Source: Verrucomicrobiota bacterium (GTDB lineage: Bacteria > Verrucomicrobiota > Verrucomicrobiia > Verrucomicrobiales > V1-33). Taken from it: a DNA stretch of 64,000 nucleotides. The stretch's first letter is position 1. Each line of letters begins with the position of its first letter. Made by a program: the position numbers and the translations under genes. Shown here piece by piece: positions 20,701-30,213 of the stretch. The DNA lies in the NCBI GenBank assembly GCA_040387795.1, contig JAZKDC010000003.1, positions 97,033 to 161,032 on the forward strand, read 5' to 3'. The notes beneath the pieces are model-generated. The model saw only the letters and a program-made list of their open reading frames with translations, was not told the origin of the DNA and searched no databases.

Positions 20701-23306
20701 TCCACCGCTACTACCTGTGGGACGCCGAGGGCGCCTTCGGGGATTTCAGCGGAAACGTCAGGACCAATATGTTTGTGGCCGGCACCACCGGCTCCATCAT
20801 CACCACCGCTCCGGCCACCGCCGGCCAGGGCGAAGGCATCCGCATCCTCTACACCCTGCTGCGCGCCAGTCCGGAGTTCAAACTCCTCTTCGCCGACCGC
20901 ATCCAGAAGCACTTCTTCAACGGCGGTGCCCTGACCGAATCGCGGCTCCTCGCCGCATGGAATGTCCTGAAGTCCGAACTCGCTCCGGTCATCGCGCCCA
21001 CCGCGGTGACCGACCGCGTCGCCCCGTGGCTCAATGGCGTGGGCGATGCCACCCGCTACACCACCACCGGCGCCACCAATACCCCCAGCCGCCGCAATGT
21101 GCTCTTCAACGGTTATACCGATGACGTGGCCGGCGGCACCTTTGTCCAGCCCCACCTTGCCGCCGAAGGCCTCTGGCCCGCCACCAGGGCTCCCGGGTTC
21201 AGCCAGACCCCCGGCCCGGTCGCCAGCGGCTCCTCCCTGGCCCTGACAAATCCCAATGCCTCCGGCACAATTTATTTTACCCTGACCGGGCTCGATCCCC
21301 GCAGCGAGGGAGGCATCGTGGCCGGCACCGCTTACAGCGCTCCGCTGACCATCACTTACGGCACCACCGTGAAGGCCCGGGTCCGCAGCACTGCCGGCGA
21401 GTGGAGTCCGTTGGTGGAAGGTACCTTCCTCACCGCCACCGTCGAACCCCTCGTTTTGACGGAGCTGATGTATCACCCCACGGACTTCGGGACGGTGGAT
21501 GGAGATGAATACGAATTCCTCGAACTCAGGAATGCCGGCACCCAGACCCTCCAACTGGGGGGCATGAAGTTCACCGCCGGCATCGACTACACCTTTGCCT
21601 CCGGCAGCACCATCGCCCCCGGAGCCCGCCTCGTGCTGGCCCGTATCACCTCCCGCTTCCTCGAAAAATACCCCACTGTGACCCCGCATGGGGAATGGGG
21701 TGCCGCCAGCAACCTGGCCAACTCCGGCGAAACCCTCACCCTGACCAATCCTGCCGGGCTGACCGTCTTCAGTGTCACCTGGTCCGATGCTCCGCCCTGG
21801 CCAGGGGAGGCGGATGGCCTCGGCCGCTCCCTCGTCCCGGTCGATCCCGATGCCACTTCCACCCCTGCCCTTGCCCCGGGCTGGCGCACCAGCAGCCAGC
21901 CGGAGGGCAGCCCCGGGGCTGACGATCCCGCCCCTCCGGCCGCGACGGTTTACATCAACGAACTCCTCTCCAACGCCCTCGCGCCGGATACTGACCGCAT
22001 CGAACTCTACAATCCCAATCCGGTGGCAGTCGATGTGAGCCACTGGTGGATCAGCGATAGCAACAATCTGCTCCAAAAATTCCGCATCCCGCCCGGCACG
22101 GTGATCCCCGCCGGTGGTTTCCTGGTTTTCAGCGAATCGGATTTCAACACTGGCCTGAATGCCTTTGCCTTCAGTTCCACCGGCGAAAATGCCGTGCTCA
22201 GCAGTGGTGATGCCGGCGGCGCTCTCACCGGTTACAGCACCTCGCTGAACTTCGGCCCGGCCGATCCCGGGGTCTCTTTTGGACGCCATTTGAATTCCCG
22301 GGGCACCGCTTTTTTCACGGCCCAGGCCCGGGCCACCTTCGGATCCGCCAATGCCGGACCGCTGGTGGGTCCGGTGGCGCTCAGCGAATTGTTGTATTGG
22401 CCAGTCCCCGGCAATGATGAGTTTGTGGAGCTGCGCAACATCAGCACCCAGTCGGTTCCACTCTTCGACCCCGCCAATCCCGCCAATGTCTGGCGCGTCG
22501 ACGGCATCGGCTTCAGTTTCCCGGCCGGCATCACCCTCGCTCCCGGCCAGATCGTCCTTGTCGTTCCGATCGATCCGGAAACCTTCCGCACCAAATACAG
22601 CATCCCGGCCGCCACCGCCATCTACGGCCCGGCGACGGCGTCCCTGCGGAACGAAGGGGAGCAGATCACTTTGCAAAAGCCCGGCCCGCCCTGGCTGGAC
22701 GGGACCGGCCTCACGGTGGTTCCCTTTATTGAGGTCGACCGCGTAAACTTCAGTCCGCTCGCCCCTTGGCCGGTTTCCGCCGGCGGCCCTAACGGCATCA
22801 GCCTGGAACGGCTCAATGCCCATGTCTTTGGCGATGACCCGGCCAACTGGCGGGCCGCTGCCGCGCCTGGCGGCACCTTCGGCCGCTCCGCCGCCCTGAC
22901 CTGGTCCCAGTGGTCCGCCCTGCATTTCACCCCGCTGCAGCAAGCCGATCCCGCCACCGGCACTGCCGGGGCCGACTCCGACTTCGACGGCCTCACCAAC
23001 GCCGAGGAATGGGCTTATGGCACTTATCCCTGGCAGCCCGAGGCGACCCCCACCACGGGGAACATGGTCCCGGTCGGTCCGGCCCGGCACCTCCAATTGA
23101 CCACCCGCCGCAGCCGCAGTGCCACCGGGCTCACCCTGCAGGCTGACACCTCAGCCAATCTGAACTTCTGGTCTCCCGGCGCGGCACCCCTAACCGGCAC
23201 GCCGATCGATCAGGGAGACGGAACGGAATCCATCAGCTTCCGCCATCCCACCCCGGTCACCAACGATTCCCGGCAATTCCTCCGGCTGCGCATCCTATCC
23301 AATTAG
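17715..23306 (+). CDS. Giant secreted CotH-family kinase with multiple LTD, FN3-associated and galactose-binding-like beta-sandwich domains
   Basis: Signal peptide; two YxRxxF...DGFVxYLNGVEV domains; CotH motifs KPSF, DWPHNN, WDAE; LTDs (TELMYHP, INELLSN, SELLYWP); DSDFDGLTN. Confidence 0.85.
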   Translation: MPLPVPRSVLRALPPLLALLGTLPAGAEIVINELMASGSDRLLRWSAAGVPTLGTGTPWYASGFSDASWSTGTGPFGFGTFTNVSPAPAITTNTATQMQNLTPTLYLRKTFTVSASDAGRADALSFDVQFNDGFVCYLNGVEVIRRNAGPANQFVYRDQFAAFGTPANTESTTTPYLRTETLTLGAANTRLLSGTNTLAVHALNYWETTSLLNTSTNVFASINNRDNFYFKGDLKITAAPAVTLAANNTAWRYLPGVVEPSGGLYDPTQIFLAKQNARWGRPSFDDSAWSSGASPLGAGTPPAGVTLGTNLTPSIPGQSTSLYARTVFTATAADIADPLMLQLLMDYDDGFVAYLNGVEVARSGMAEANSFTPHNAVASAARTPGSYTTYNLDPPARLLIQGQNVFSVQIHNVTLNDADLFFRAQLRTNSAGTNRTLVTPTGIFNYFVGIGEPVESEDDALEDNPEAPDSALDWVELHNNGTAAVSLGNWTFSDSASLPAKWAFPPEATLPAGGYLLLACDDLNITAPAPGGFYHTGFKLASQGESLVLRDSLGTIVQQTTFPAQTAFQSYGRSGDGSYRFHDAPTPGTANAGAVLTGKVAAPVLSLAGGFYPGSRTVSFSSSTPGATLRYTLNGTEPTETNGTAGTTATLSSSRALRVRAFAAALIPSDTITRTYLIAEPVSRQGLPALCVTGDEQRSLYQPFGAMAIKGGAFPNYIAPLPTNNNGVWTQTGATAGTPADLTAYNNPIHRGRFIERPAHLEILRADGTPGPNIGFGLRVSGSGHARPRYKLTNQNRAPGASPAPNDGAWSATSFTEKPSFNFFFRDDYGGDPLEHSLFPDYPVNQFHDVRVRAGKNDPSNPFVEDEFMRRVFISTGQEGSRGMINTLYVNGIYKGYYNLCEHIREDFLQRHHGGTNAWDVRQVTAIASGDGLAFQEMLTYIRNNPQGTLSNYQGMKTRLDMVNFADYLIVNLLGVTGDWPHNNFVCARERSVNGLHRYYLWDAEGAFGDFSGNVRTNMFVAGTTGSIITTAPATAGQGEGIRILYTLLRASPEFKLLFADRIQKHFFNGGALTESRLLAAWNVLKSELAPVIAPTAVTDRVAPWLNGVGDATRYTTTGATNTPSRRNVLFNGYTDDVAGGTFVQPHLAAEGLWPATRAPGFSQTPGPVASGSSLALTNPNASGTIYFTLTGLDPRSEGGIVAGTAYSAPLTITYGTTVKARVRSTAGEWSPLVEGTFLTATVEPLVLTELMYHPTDFGTVDGDEYEFLELRNAGTQTLQLGGMKFTAGIDYTFASGSTIAPGARLVLARITSRFLEKYPTVTPHGEWGAASNLANSGETLTLTNPAGLTVFSVTWSDAPPWPGEADGLGRSLVPVDPDATSTPALAPGWRTSSQPEGSPGADDPAPPAATVYINELLSNALAPDTDRIELYNPNPVAVDVSHWWISDSNNLLQKFRIPPGTVIPAGGFLVFSESDFNTGLNAFAFSSTGENAVLSSGDAGGALTGYSTSLNFGPADPGVSFGRHLNSRGTAFFTAQARATFGSANAGPLVGPVALSELLYWPVPGNDEFVELRNISTQSVPLFDPANPANVWRVDGIGFSFPAGITLAPGQIVLVVPIDPETFRTKYSIPAATAIYGPATASLRNEGEQITLQKPGPPWLDGTGLTVVPFIEVDRVNFSPLAPWPVSAGGPNGISLERLNAHVFGDDPANWRAAAAPGGTFGRSAALTWSQWSALHFTPLQQADPATGTAGADSDFDGLTNAEEWAYGTYPWQPEATPTTGNMVPVGPARHLQLTTRRSRSATGLTLQADTSANLNFWSPGAAPLTGTPIDQGDGTESISFRHPTPVTNDSRQFLRLRILSN

Positions 23307-23384
23307 GCAGGGGCGGTGCCCCCGCTCCTTCCAGAATCAGCGGCTCCGCAGGGGAACGCGCCGGCCCAGTTTTTCGTCAGGGAA

Positions 23385-24425
23385 TCAAAGCCGCCGCAGA
23401 CCGTCTTCTGTCATGGGACAGGGAATGGCGGCGTCGATGGCATCGATCCGGGCCAAAGTCGCCGGATCCAGCACCACCTCCGCGGCGGGGAGGGTTTCCT
23501 CCAATTGGGCGACACTGGTGGCACCCACGATAGTGGAGGCCACATAGTCGTGCTGCTTGCTCCAGGCAAGGGCCAGCACTGCCACGCTGATGCCCAGGTC
23601 CCGGGCGATCGGTTGCAGGCGGCTGACGGTTTCCAACGACCGCTCATTGACGAAGCGGCGGGCCATGTTCAGCTGGCGGGGAGCACCATGCGTCAGGTAA
23701 TCGGTGAAACGCGCTCCCTCCGGCAGGGCTCCGGCATTGTATTTGCCCGTAAGCACGCCCCCACCGAGCGGCGAGTAGGGCAGCAGGCTGACGCCTTCCT
23801 TGCGGCACACCTGGGCCAACTCGCTTTCACAGCGCCGGTTGATCAGGGAAAAGTTATTCTGCACGGTGTCATGCCGCGCCAATCCATGCTTTTCGGAGAT
23901 CCACAGACTCTTCATCAAGCCCCACGAAGTCTCATTGCTGCACCCGACCGCACGCACCTTGCCCTGCTTCACCAGGGTCGTCAGTCCCTCCATCGTCTCT
24001 TCCGGCCTCATGCCATGGTCGGGCCAGTGGGTTTGATAAAGATCCAGATAATCGGTCTGGAGGCGGCGCAGGCTGTCTTCGCAGGCCCTTACAATCTGGT
24101 GCCGGTCCAGCGCGGTGAACCCTCCGCGCACCGGCGGGCGGAACCATCCGTGCCCTGGCCCGGTGATCTTGGAAGCGATGATGAATTGCCCGCGCGGTTT
24201 CGCTTTCAGCCAGCGCCCCACAATCTCCTCGGTCACCCCGAACAGCTCCGCGCTGGGCGGCACCGGATACAGTTCCGCGGTGTCAAAAAAATCGATCCCG
24301 GCTTCCGCAGCCCGGTCCATGATGGCTCGTGAGACCGTTTCATCGGCCTGTAGTCCGAAGGTCATGGTGCCGAGACAAAGCTCCGTCACCACCAATCCGC
24401 TGCGTCCCAATCTTTTTCGGTTCAT
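23385..24425 (-). CDS. Aldo/keto reductase (Tas-like)
   Basis: [36 protein letters not shown]. Confidence 0.92.
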   Translation of the reverse strand: MNRKRLGRSGLVVTELCLGTMTFGLQADETVSRAIMDRAAEAGIDFFDTAELYPVPPSAELFGVTEEIVGRWLKAKPRGQFIIASKITGPGHGWFRPPVRGGFTALDRHQIVRACEDSLRRLQTDYLDLYQTHWPDHGMRPEETMEGLTTLVKQGKVRAVGCSNETSWGLMKSLWISEKHGLARHDTVQNNFSLINRRCESELAQVCRKEGVSLLPYSPLGGGVLTGKYNAGALPEGARFTDYLTHGAPRQLNMARRFVNERSLETVSRLQPIARDLGISVAVLALAWSKQHDYVASTIVGATSVAQLEETLPAAEVVLDPATLARIDAIDAAIPCPMTEDGLRRL

Positions 24426-24495
24426 GGAGCACCATCATGCCGTCCTGCGGGCCTGACTCAAGCCGGATCAACGGAACCCGCCGGAACCTCAGGGC

Positions 24496-26151
24496 CTAAT
24501 TCCCGGCGTGGGCCTTGAGGATGCGCCGGACTTCGGCAATGGCCTGCGGGTTCTGGTGGGCACTGTGGTTGGACGGCACGGTCAGCTCGCTTTGGGCGCC
24601 ATCCATACGGCTGCTCCAGTATGGGACAAAACCATCTGATTTGACGGGCTTGGTGTGGTCCGGATTCCCGCCCTTGCCGCGGTCACCGACGATCACGTGG
24701 TAGGGAATGTCCCGGGCTGGCTCGATCTTGTTGATGGCTTGGACAAACCGGTTCTTCGGCGACATGGTATCCACGCTGTTGGGCATGCGCTTCAGATTGA
24801 GGGTGTCGCCGGTGTTGGTGACAAACTTCAGGGCCTCGGTCCCTGCCTTGAGCAGGGAGGTGGGGGATTTGACGAGCCTGGACCCGAACCGGCCCAGCCA
24901 GTTGGTGGCGAGGTCGCTGCCACGGAGCGGCGCTGCGATGAAGATGACCCGGTCCACATCCTCGCGTTTTCTGAAAATGAGGGCATCGGTGATGATCTGG
25001 CGCGACTCTGGCGAAAGATTGGTCTCGGCGGGGGACTGCCGGAAGGTTTCCTGCCAAATTTTATCACCACTGTCAGTGATCATGAGCCGGCTGATGCAGC
25101 CGCCCATGCTGTGGCCAATCAGGATGGCGTCCTTTTGGCCGGGATATTGCTTTTTCATTTCATCCAGCTGTTTCCGGAAAATGGCGGCGGAATGGGGGTA
25201 GGGATACCCGCTGGGGTAACTGTAGAACCAGATTTGATAGCGGGCCCGGATGGCGGGATCGGCGCGCAGGGCATTGATGAGCGGGGTCCAGGTGGCAGGG
25301 GAATCCATCAATCCATGGACACAGATCACCGGGATTTTATCAGGATCGTAGGGCTGCAGCCGGGCCAGCCGGGCGGTTTCGGCATACTTGGCCGGGCGCA
25401 GCAGGCGGGACAGCTCCATCTTCTTCGGGTTTTCCCGGGCGAGCATCATGGCGAGGGGAGCGGTGTAATCCGCTGCCAGAGGATACCGGTGGCCGGCGAG
25501 GGTGGTGGTTTCGGCATCAAGCGGGTCCTCGAAACTGACGATGCAGCGCCGCCCCTCGAACCGTGCTACCGCCGTGACACCCAGGTAGATGTGCTTGCCT
25601 TGGACGAAGCGGTCTTTTTTCAGAAGCGCCGAGGCGTCGTCCAGGACAGCGATCAGGGGAGCCCCCAAGCCAGCCTTGGTGACGCGGTCCCTCGTGTAAC
25701 TGCCGCCAGTCAGGATCTGGTCCGCGGGGATGAATTCTATTTTGTCGAGAATGGGCTCCTTGGTGATGGAAGTGGTGCCGGTCAGTTCCCAGCTCCCGCT
25801 GGCACTGGAGACGGCGAGGGGTTTGTCCCAAGCTTTGATTTTGGCATCGCGCAGGTTGGTGAAGACCCGGGCGAGGGCGAAGTTGTAGGCGTCACGTGCG
25901 GCCGTGTTGCCCGGACTGCGCTTGAGTTCGGAGGCGGCTGTTGCTGCAGCGCTGAGAAGTTCCCCGAGGGCTGCCTGCGGATCTTTGGTCTGCTGGGTGA
26001 GGGCCTTGGTGATACCTTGCTGAGCAGTTCCGAGAGCGCCGGCCGTAGCCATGAGAGGGTGGAACTGGGGCCGGGTTTCGGAAACGGTGGCGTATTGCTT
26101 GCAGCTGGTGAGGGCGACCAGGCAGCAAAGGAGAGTGGAGAGACGGTTCAT
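24496..26151 (-). CDS. Alpha/beta-hydrolase lipoprotein (esterase/lipase-like)
   Basis: Lipobox LTSC; VHGL, GHSMG nucleophile elbow, SDGFV, His near the C-terminus. Confidence 0.85.
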   Translation of the reverse strand: MNRLSTLLCCLVALTSCKQYATVSETRPQFHPLMATAGALGTAQQGITKALTQQTKDPQAALGELLSAAATAASELKRSPGNTAARDAYNFALARVFTNLRDAKIKAWDKPLAVSSASGSWELTGTTSITKEPILDKIEFIPADQILTGGSYTRDRVTKAGLGAPLIAVLDDASALLKKDRFVQGKHIYLGVTAVARFEGRRCIVSFEDPLDAETTTLAGHRYPLAADYTAPLAMMLARENPKKMELSRLLRPAKYAETARLARLQPYDPDKIPVICVHGLMDSPATWTPLINALRADPAIRARYQIWFYSYPSGYPYPHSAAIFRKQLDEMKKQYPGQKDAILIGHSMGGCISRLMITDSGDKIWQETFRQSPAETNLSPESRQIITDALIFRKREDVDRVIFIAAPLRGSDLATNWLGRFGSRLVKSPTSLLKAGTEALKFVTNTGDTLNLKRMPNSVDTMSPKNRFVQAINKIEPARDIPYHVIVGDRGKGGNPDHTKPVKSDGFVPYWSSRMDGAQSELTVPSNHSAHQNPQAIAEVRRILKAHAGN

Positions 26152-26427
26152 AGGGAAGCTTTTTCAGAATAGCGCCGTTGGCAGTCAATAGAGTATCCGG
26201 GCGAAGGGAAATACATCGTCCGCAGCAGCTCGGCAACGAAGTAACCACAGCCTCCGGCAGGTTTGACGACTGAATGGATGAAGAGGGCTCCTGCCTCAAT
26301 CCTCCTCCGCGCCGGGTCAGGACAGACATCCTGGATCAGCTCCAAATCGGCACCTGACTGCGGGAGATTGCCGCGGGCGGGAATCCGGATCAAGATCGCC
26401 GCCGCCGGACCCTTGGCCGGGTAAGTG

Positions 26428-26457
26428 AAAAGCCGGGCTCCGTGTGGAGCCCGGCTT
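26428..26457 (-). terminator. Intrinsic terminator downstream of pfkA
   Basis: Minus strand AAGCCGGGCTCC-ACAC-GGAGCCCGGCTTTT. Confidence 0.7.
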
Positions 26458-26513
26458 GAAAATGATCAGTGGTTTTGCACGCGGCGCAGGGCTGAGGCAA
26501 GATCAGCGCGGCT

Positions 26514-27590
26514 TTACTTATCCCCGAAGGAAATGCCGACGGCACGGGCGGTTTGGACGACTTCGCTGTCCGGCTCAACGAGGCGGCAGGCGCTGACGGC
26601 TTCTTCGATCGGCACGGAGTCCACGTGGTAGGCCTGGTAACTGACCATGTGGCCGTACTTGGCTTCTTCGATGAGCTTGACGGCTTTCACACCGAACCGG
26701 GCGCCAAGGAGGCGGTCGAGAGCGGTGGGGCTGCCGCCGCGCTGGAGGTGACCGAGGGTGCAGGAACGGGTTTCCTTGCCGGTCATTTCTGCGATTTTAT
26801 TGGCGACGTAATCACCGATGCCGCCGAGGCGGTGTTCGGAGGAACTGCTCTTTTCCTTGGTCATGGCATCACCGCCGGGGAGGTGGGCGCCTTCGGCCAC
26901 GACGACCATGGTGCTGTGCAGCCCTTGGGCTTCGCGCTGGCGGATGGCATTGGCGACGTTTTCAAAGTTGAACTCGATCTCGGGGATGAGGATGACATGG
27001 GCGCCTCCGGCGATGCCACCCCACAGGGCGATCCAACCAGCGTTGCGGCCCATGACTTCCACCACCATGACGCGCTTGTGGCTGTCGGCGGTGGTATGGA
27101 GGCGGTCGAGGGCATCGACCACGGTGCTGACGGCGGAATCAAATCCGAAGGTCATGGCGGTGGCCGCGAGGTCGTTATCGATCGTCTTGGGGACGCCGAC
27201 CACGGGGAGGCCATTGCGCATCAGCTGCATGCCCGTGGTGAGGGAACCATCGCCACCGACGACGATCAAGGCGCGGATTTCGAGGAGCTTCAGGGTGGTC
27301 TTGGCTTTGTCGATGATCTCCTGAGGGATTTCGGCGACGTTGCCTTCACCGACTTTGGCGGCGAAGTGGCCTTTGTTGGTGGTGCCAAGGATGGTGCCAC
27401 CCTGCTTGAGGATGCCGGCCATTTTCTCGGGCTCGAGCATCATGTAGTCGCCGGGAGGGAGGAGGCCTTCGAATCCGTCACGGAAACCGACGACTTCCCA
27501 GCCAAGTTTGGCCGCTGCGCCAACGACGCCGTAAATCACTGCATTGAGTCCGGGGCAGTCGCCCCCGCTGTTTAGGATACCGATTCTCAT
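26514..27590 (-). CDS. pfkA: 6-phosphofructokinase (probably ATP-dependent)
   Basis: SGGDCPGLN, GGDGS, PKTIDND, MGR, LGHLQRGG. Confidence 0.93.
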   Translation of the reverse strand: MRIGILNSGGDCPGLNAVIYGVVGAAAKLGWEVVGFRDGFEGLLPPGDYMMLEPEKMAGILKQGGTILGTTNKGHFAAKVGEGNVAEIPQEIIDKAKTTLKLLEIRALIVVGGDGSLTTGMQLMRNGLPVVGVPKTIDNDLAATAMTFGFDSAVSTVVDALDRLHTTADSHKRVMVVEVMGRNAGWIALWGGIAGGAHVILIPEIEFNFENVANAIRQREAQGLHSTMVVVAEGAHLPGGDAMTKEKSSSSEHRLGGIGDYVANKIAEMTGKETRSCTLGHLQRGGSPTALDRLLGARFGVKAVKLIEEAKYGHMVSYQAYHVDSVPIEEAVSACRLVEPDSEVVQTARAVGISFGDK

Positions 27591-27690
27591 GGATGGGATG
27601 GTGGAAGGGATGGGATGGAGTTGGGAGAGAGTGGTGGGATGGGGGAAAGACGCAAGCAGCATTCCGGCCAGCCGGGCAGGAAGCGGGAGT

Positions 27691-28866
27691 TCAGTAGACA
27701 GGCACCGGCTGATACCCTCCTTGCGGGTAAGCGGGGGCTTGGGGGTAGGGATAAGCCGGCGCTGCAGGATATTCGGGAGCCGGAGGATAAGCTGGGGCGG
27801 GGGCGGGGGCGGGCGGGGGGGCCGGTTGGGCGGGCGGAGCCGCAGCGGGCACGGCGGCCGGAGCACTGCCAAGGTACTCGGAAAGGTTTCCGGCGGGGCT
27901 GCCAGCGGCGCGCCAGGCATCGTAACGGCTCCATCCCTCGGAAAGGAGACGGGTGGTGGCGTTGAAGCGGTCAGGCGCGCCGAGGACCACAACCGTAAGG
28001 CGGTGGGGAATGACCAGCGTGCTGCCATCCGACCGCTTGATCACCGTGGCCGGTTTCGGGGCAGTGACGGCAAGGCAGGGACCGGCGAGGTTGGTAGTGC
28101 CGGTTTTTCCGGCATCGATCCGGTTGCGGCCGATGATTTCGTTGGTGTTCCGGACCGAGAGGGATTGGGCCATTCCATTGCGGAGGAAGGCGATGCGGCG
28201 TTCTTTCTGGGAGGTGTAGAAGGTGAAGCCTGGAGTGGTCAGAGCTTGATTCAGCAACCGGGCGACGTCGGAAGCGCAGGAGTAGCCGGTGGCCCCGGGA
28301 AGTTCCAGACCGTGGGGATTGGCGAAACGGGTGTTGCGCAGGTTGAGTTTGGCGCGCAGGCCGTTCATCTGACTGACAAAGGCCTGGAGGGGCGCCCCGC
28401 CCAGACCCGCCTGGGAAAGTTTAACCCCGAAATGGGTGCCGAGGGTTTCAGCCGCAAAATTATCGGAAGCCATCATCGCCGCGTAGAGGGCATCCCGCAC
28501 GCTGATCCCATCACCCGGCTGCAGGCCCAGGGGGCTGGGAACGCCCAGGGTCGTCACGCTGGGGGGCACGGTCATGACTTCATCGATATCCCCGGAGGAA
28601 CCCCGGATAAAATCGAGCACAACCACCGCGGTGGCGATCTTGCACAGGCTGGCGACGGAGCGCTTTTGATCCGGCTGGTTGGAAAGCAGGACGCGGCCGT
28701 CATTGGCATCTGCCACCACATAGGAAGCGATGCCGGGATAAACCGGGCCGATGTTGGCCACGCTATGGGGTCCGGCGTCACCGCTGGCTTGGAGACCCAC
28801 ACAACTGGGGAGGCAAGGGACGGCGCACAGCCCCGCGACCAGTCGGAAAAAGGAGCGCAAAGTCAT
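27691..28866 (-). CDS. D-alanyl-D-alanine carboxypeptidase (peptidase S11) with Pro/Tyr-rich tail, probable lipoprotein
   Basis: SLCK (SxxK), SDN, NPHGL, KTG motifs; LPSC lipobox-like. Confidence 0.85.
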   Translation of the reverse strand: MTLRSFFRLVAGLCAVPCLPSCVGLQASGDAGPHSVANIGPVYPGIASYVVADANDGRVLLSNQPDQKRSVASLCKIATAVVVLDFIRGSSGDIDEVMTVPPSVTTLGVPSPLGLQPGDGISVRDALYAAMMASDNFAAETLGTHFGVKLSQAGLGGAPLQAFVSQMNGLRAKLNLRNTRFANPHGLELPGATGYSCASDVARLLNQALTTPGFTFYTSQKERRIAFLRNGMAQSLSVRNTNEIIGRNRIDAGKTGTTNLAGPCLAVTAPKPATVIKRSDGSTLVIPHRLTVVVLGAPDRFNATTRLLSEGWSRYDAWRAAGSPAGNLSEYLGSAPAAVPAAAPPAQPAPPPAPAPAPAYPPAPEYPAAPAYPYPQAPAYPQGGYQPVPVY

Positions 28867-29065
28867 AGATCGAGAAATACCGCGGGAAAGCGGAGGGGTC
28901 ATCTAAGCAGGGCATCCCCCCGGCGCAACGTGGAATGTGCTCCGGCTCTTCCAATTCATGTTGGCGGCCCGGGGCCGGCGCGGAATCGCCCGTGAAAGGC
29001 GGCGTTTTCCGTGTCATCCAACCGGGCGCCGGTGGCGTTCTGCCCTTGTAGCTTGCATTTCCGTG

Positions 29066-30007
29066 ATGACTCCCCCTCCTGCCTGGCAATCCGCGTCAGC
29101 CCGTGCGACGGCCTGCGCGGCCGCCTTGCTGGCCACGGGTTGTGCCGTGGTGGAGCGCGCCGGCATTGCCGTGCTTTACGAAAAATCAGCTCTGCCCGGG
29201 ACACAAATCCAGGCTGATCTCTCCTATGGCCCCGCCCCCCGGCAGCGGCTCGATCTTTTTCTCCCCTCCGGAAAGTCCGGCTGGCCCGTGGCCATTTTTG
29301 TCCACGGGGGGAGTTGGACCGGCGGCGACAAGGGGCTCCGGGTAGGCGGAGCCGATGTGTACGGAAACATCGGGCGCTACCTGGCCGGCCAAGGCATTGG
29401 AGTGGCCGTGATCAACTACCGGCTGCAACCACAGGTGGGCTGGAGGGAACAGGTGGCAGATGTCGCCCGCGCCACCAGATGGGTCCACCAACACATTGCT
29501 TCACGCGGCGGCCGGCCTGATCAGCTTTTTCTTTTCGGTCACTCGGCCGGCGCTCAACTCGCCGCCTACACCGGGCTGAATCCACAGGCTCTGGACGGAA
29601 CCGGTTTGCCCCCTGGCACCCTGCGCGGCGTCATCGCGGTCAGCGGGGCCGGCCTCGACCTGATGGATGCCGGCACCTACGCGCTGGGACACCGCCCGGA
29701 TTATTACCGCGGCATCATCGATCCCGCCAAAACCAACCAGGCGTGGCAGCGGGAAGGCTCGGCCGTGAGTTATATCCGCGGTTCCTCCCCGCCATTTCTG
29801 GTGATGGTGGGCGGCAGTGAGGAGAAGGCCATGATCCGGCAATCGAACCGTCTTCACGAGGCACTGGTGGGCCAAGGGGTTTCCTCCACCCTGCTGGAAG
29901 TGCGCGGTCAGAGCCACGGGCGCATCGTGTTGACGCTGAGCCGGCCTGACAAAAAGGCCGGCCCGGCGGCGGTTGATTTTATCCGTCGCACCATCGGCGG
30001 AGGGTGA
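29066..30007 (+). CDS. Alpha/beta hydrolase (HSL/BD-FAE-like esterase)
   Basis: HGGSW, GHSAG, lipobox-like LATGC; start approximate. Confidence 0.85.
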   Translation: MTPPPAWQSASARATACAAALLATGCAVVERAGIAVLYEKSALPGTQIQADLSYGPAPRQRLDLFLPSGKSGWPVAIFVHGGSWTGGDKGLRVGGADVYGNIGRYLAGQGIGVAVINYRLQPQVGWREQVADVARATRWVHQHIASRGGRPDQLFLFGHSAGAQLAAYTGLNPQALDGTGLPPGTLRGVIAVSGAGLDLMDAGTYALGHRPDYYRGIIDPAKTNQAWQREGSAVSYIRGSSPPFLVMVGGSEEKAMIRQSNRLHEALVGQGVSSTLLEVRGQSHGRIVLTLSRPDKKAGPAAVDFIRRTIGGG

Positions 30008-30060
30008 TCCTCCCCGCCCGCCGGTCATGATCCTCCCCGCCCGCCGGTCATGAGCCTCCC
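30005..30060 (+). repeat. 23-bp tandem duplication plus partial third copy
   Basis: TGATCCTCCCCGCCCGCCGGTCA at 30005-30027 and 30028-30050, then TGAGCCTCCC. Confidence 0.9.
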
Positions 30061-30130
30061 CCCGGCTTGTCCTGCCCAAACCCAGTCCTTGCCAGGAAGT
30101 TATCTGCGAAAGTCCGGTTTCCGGCCTTTA

Positions 30131-30168
30131 CTTTCCGTAATTTCGGTTTAAACAGAAATTACCGAAAG
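30131..30168. promoter_or_regulatory. 38-bp near-perfect AT-rich palindrome, putative operator
   Basis: CTTTCCGTAATTTCGGTTTAAACAGAAATTACCGAAAG, two mismatched pairs, 45 nt upstream of the 30214 start. Confidence 0.7.
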
Positions 30169-30213
30169 AAAGCCGCCGGCTTTCCGGTTCACCACCAACC
30201 AGGATCCCCAACC

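Noticed and set aside
20376-23096. 906-aa antisense ORF, and similar long shadow ORFs (5248-6696, 12516-13997, 24655-26172, 34533-35921, 37954-39522, 53827-55563, 62438-63997)
   Set aside because: They lie opposite well-supported genes and carry no recognisable motifs. Long stop-free antisense frames are expected with high-GC codon bias.
26148-26393. 81-aa ORF in the gap between the hydrolase and pfkA
   Set aside because: No motifs or coding signature; likely intergenic.
26514-28028. Long N-terminal extensions in ORF-track calls (pfkA, Gsp-like 32630-34276, TIM barrel 3444, accB 15411, secY 51735)
   Set aside because: The extensions overlap neighbouring genes or regulatory DNA, and family homology begins at the downstream starts used here.
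30005-30060. Possible CRISPR array
   Set aside because: Only two adjacent copies, no spacers and no cas genes.
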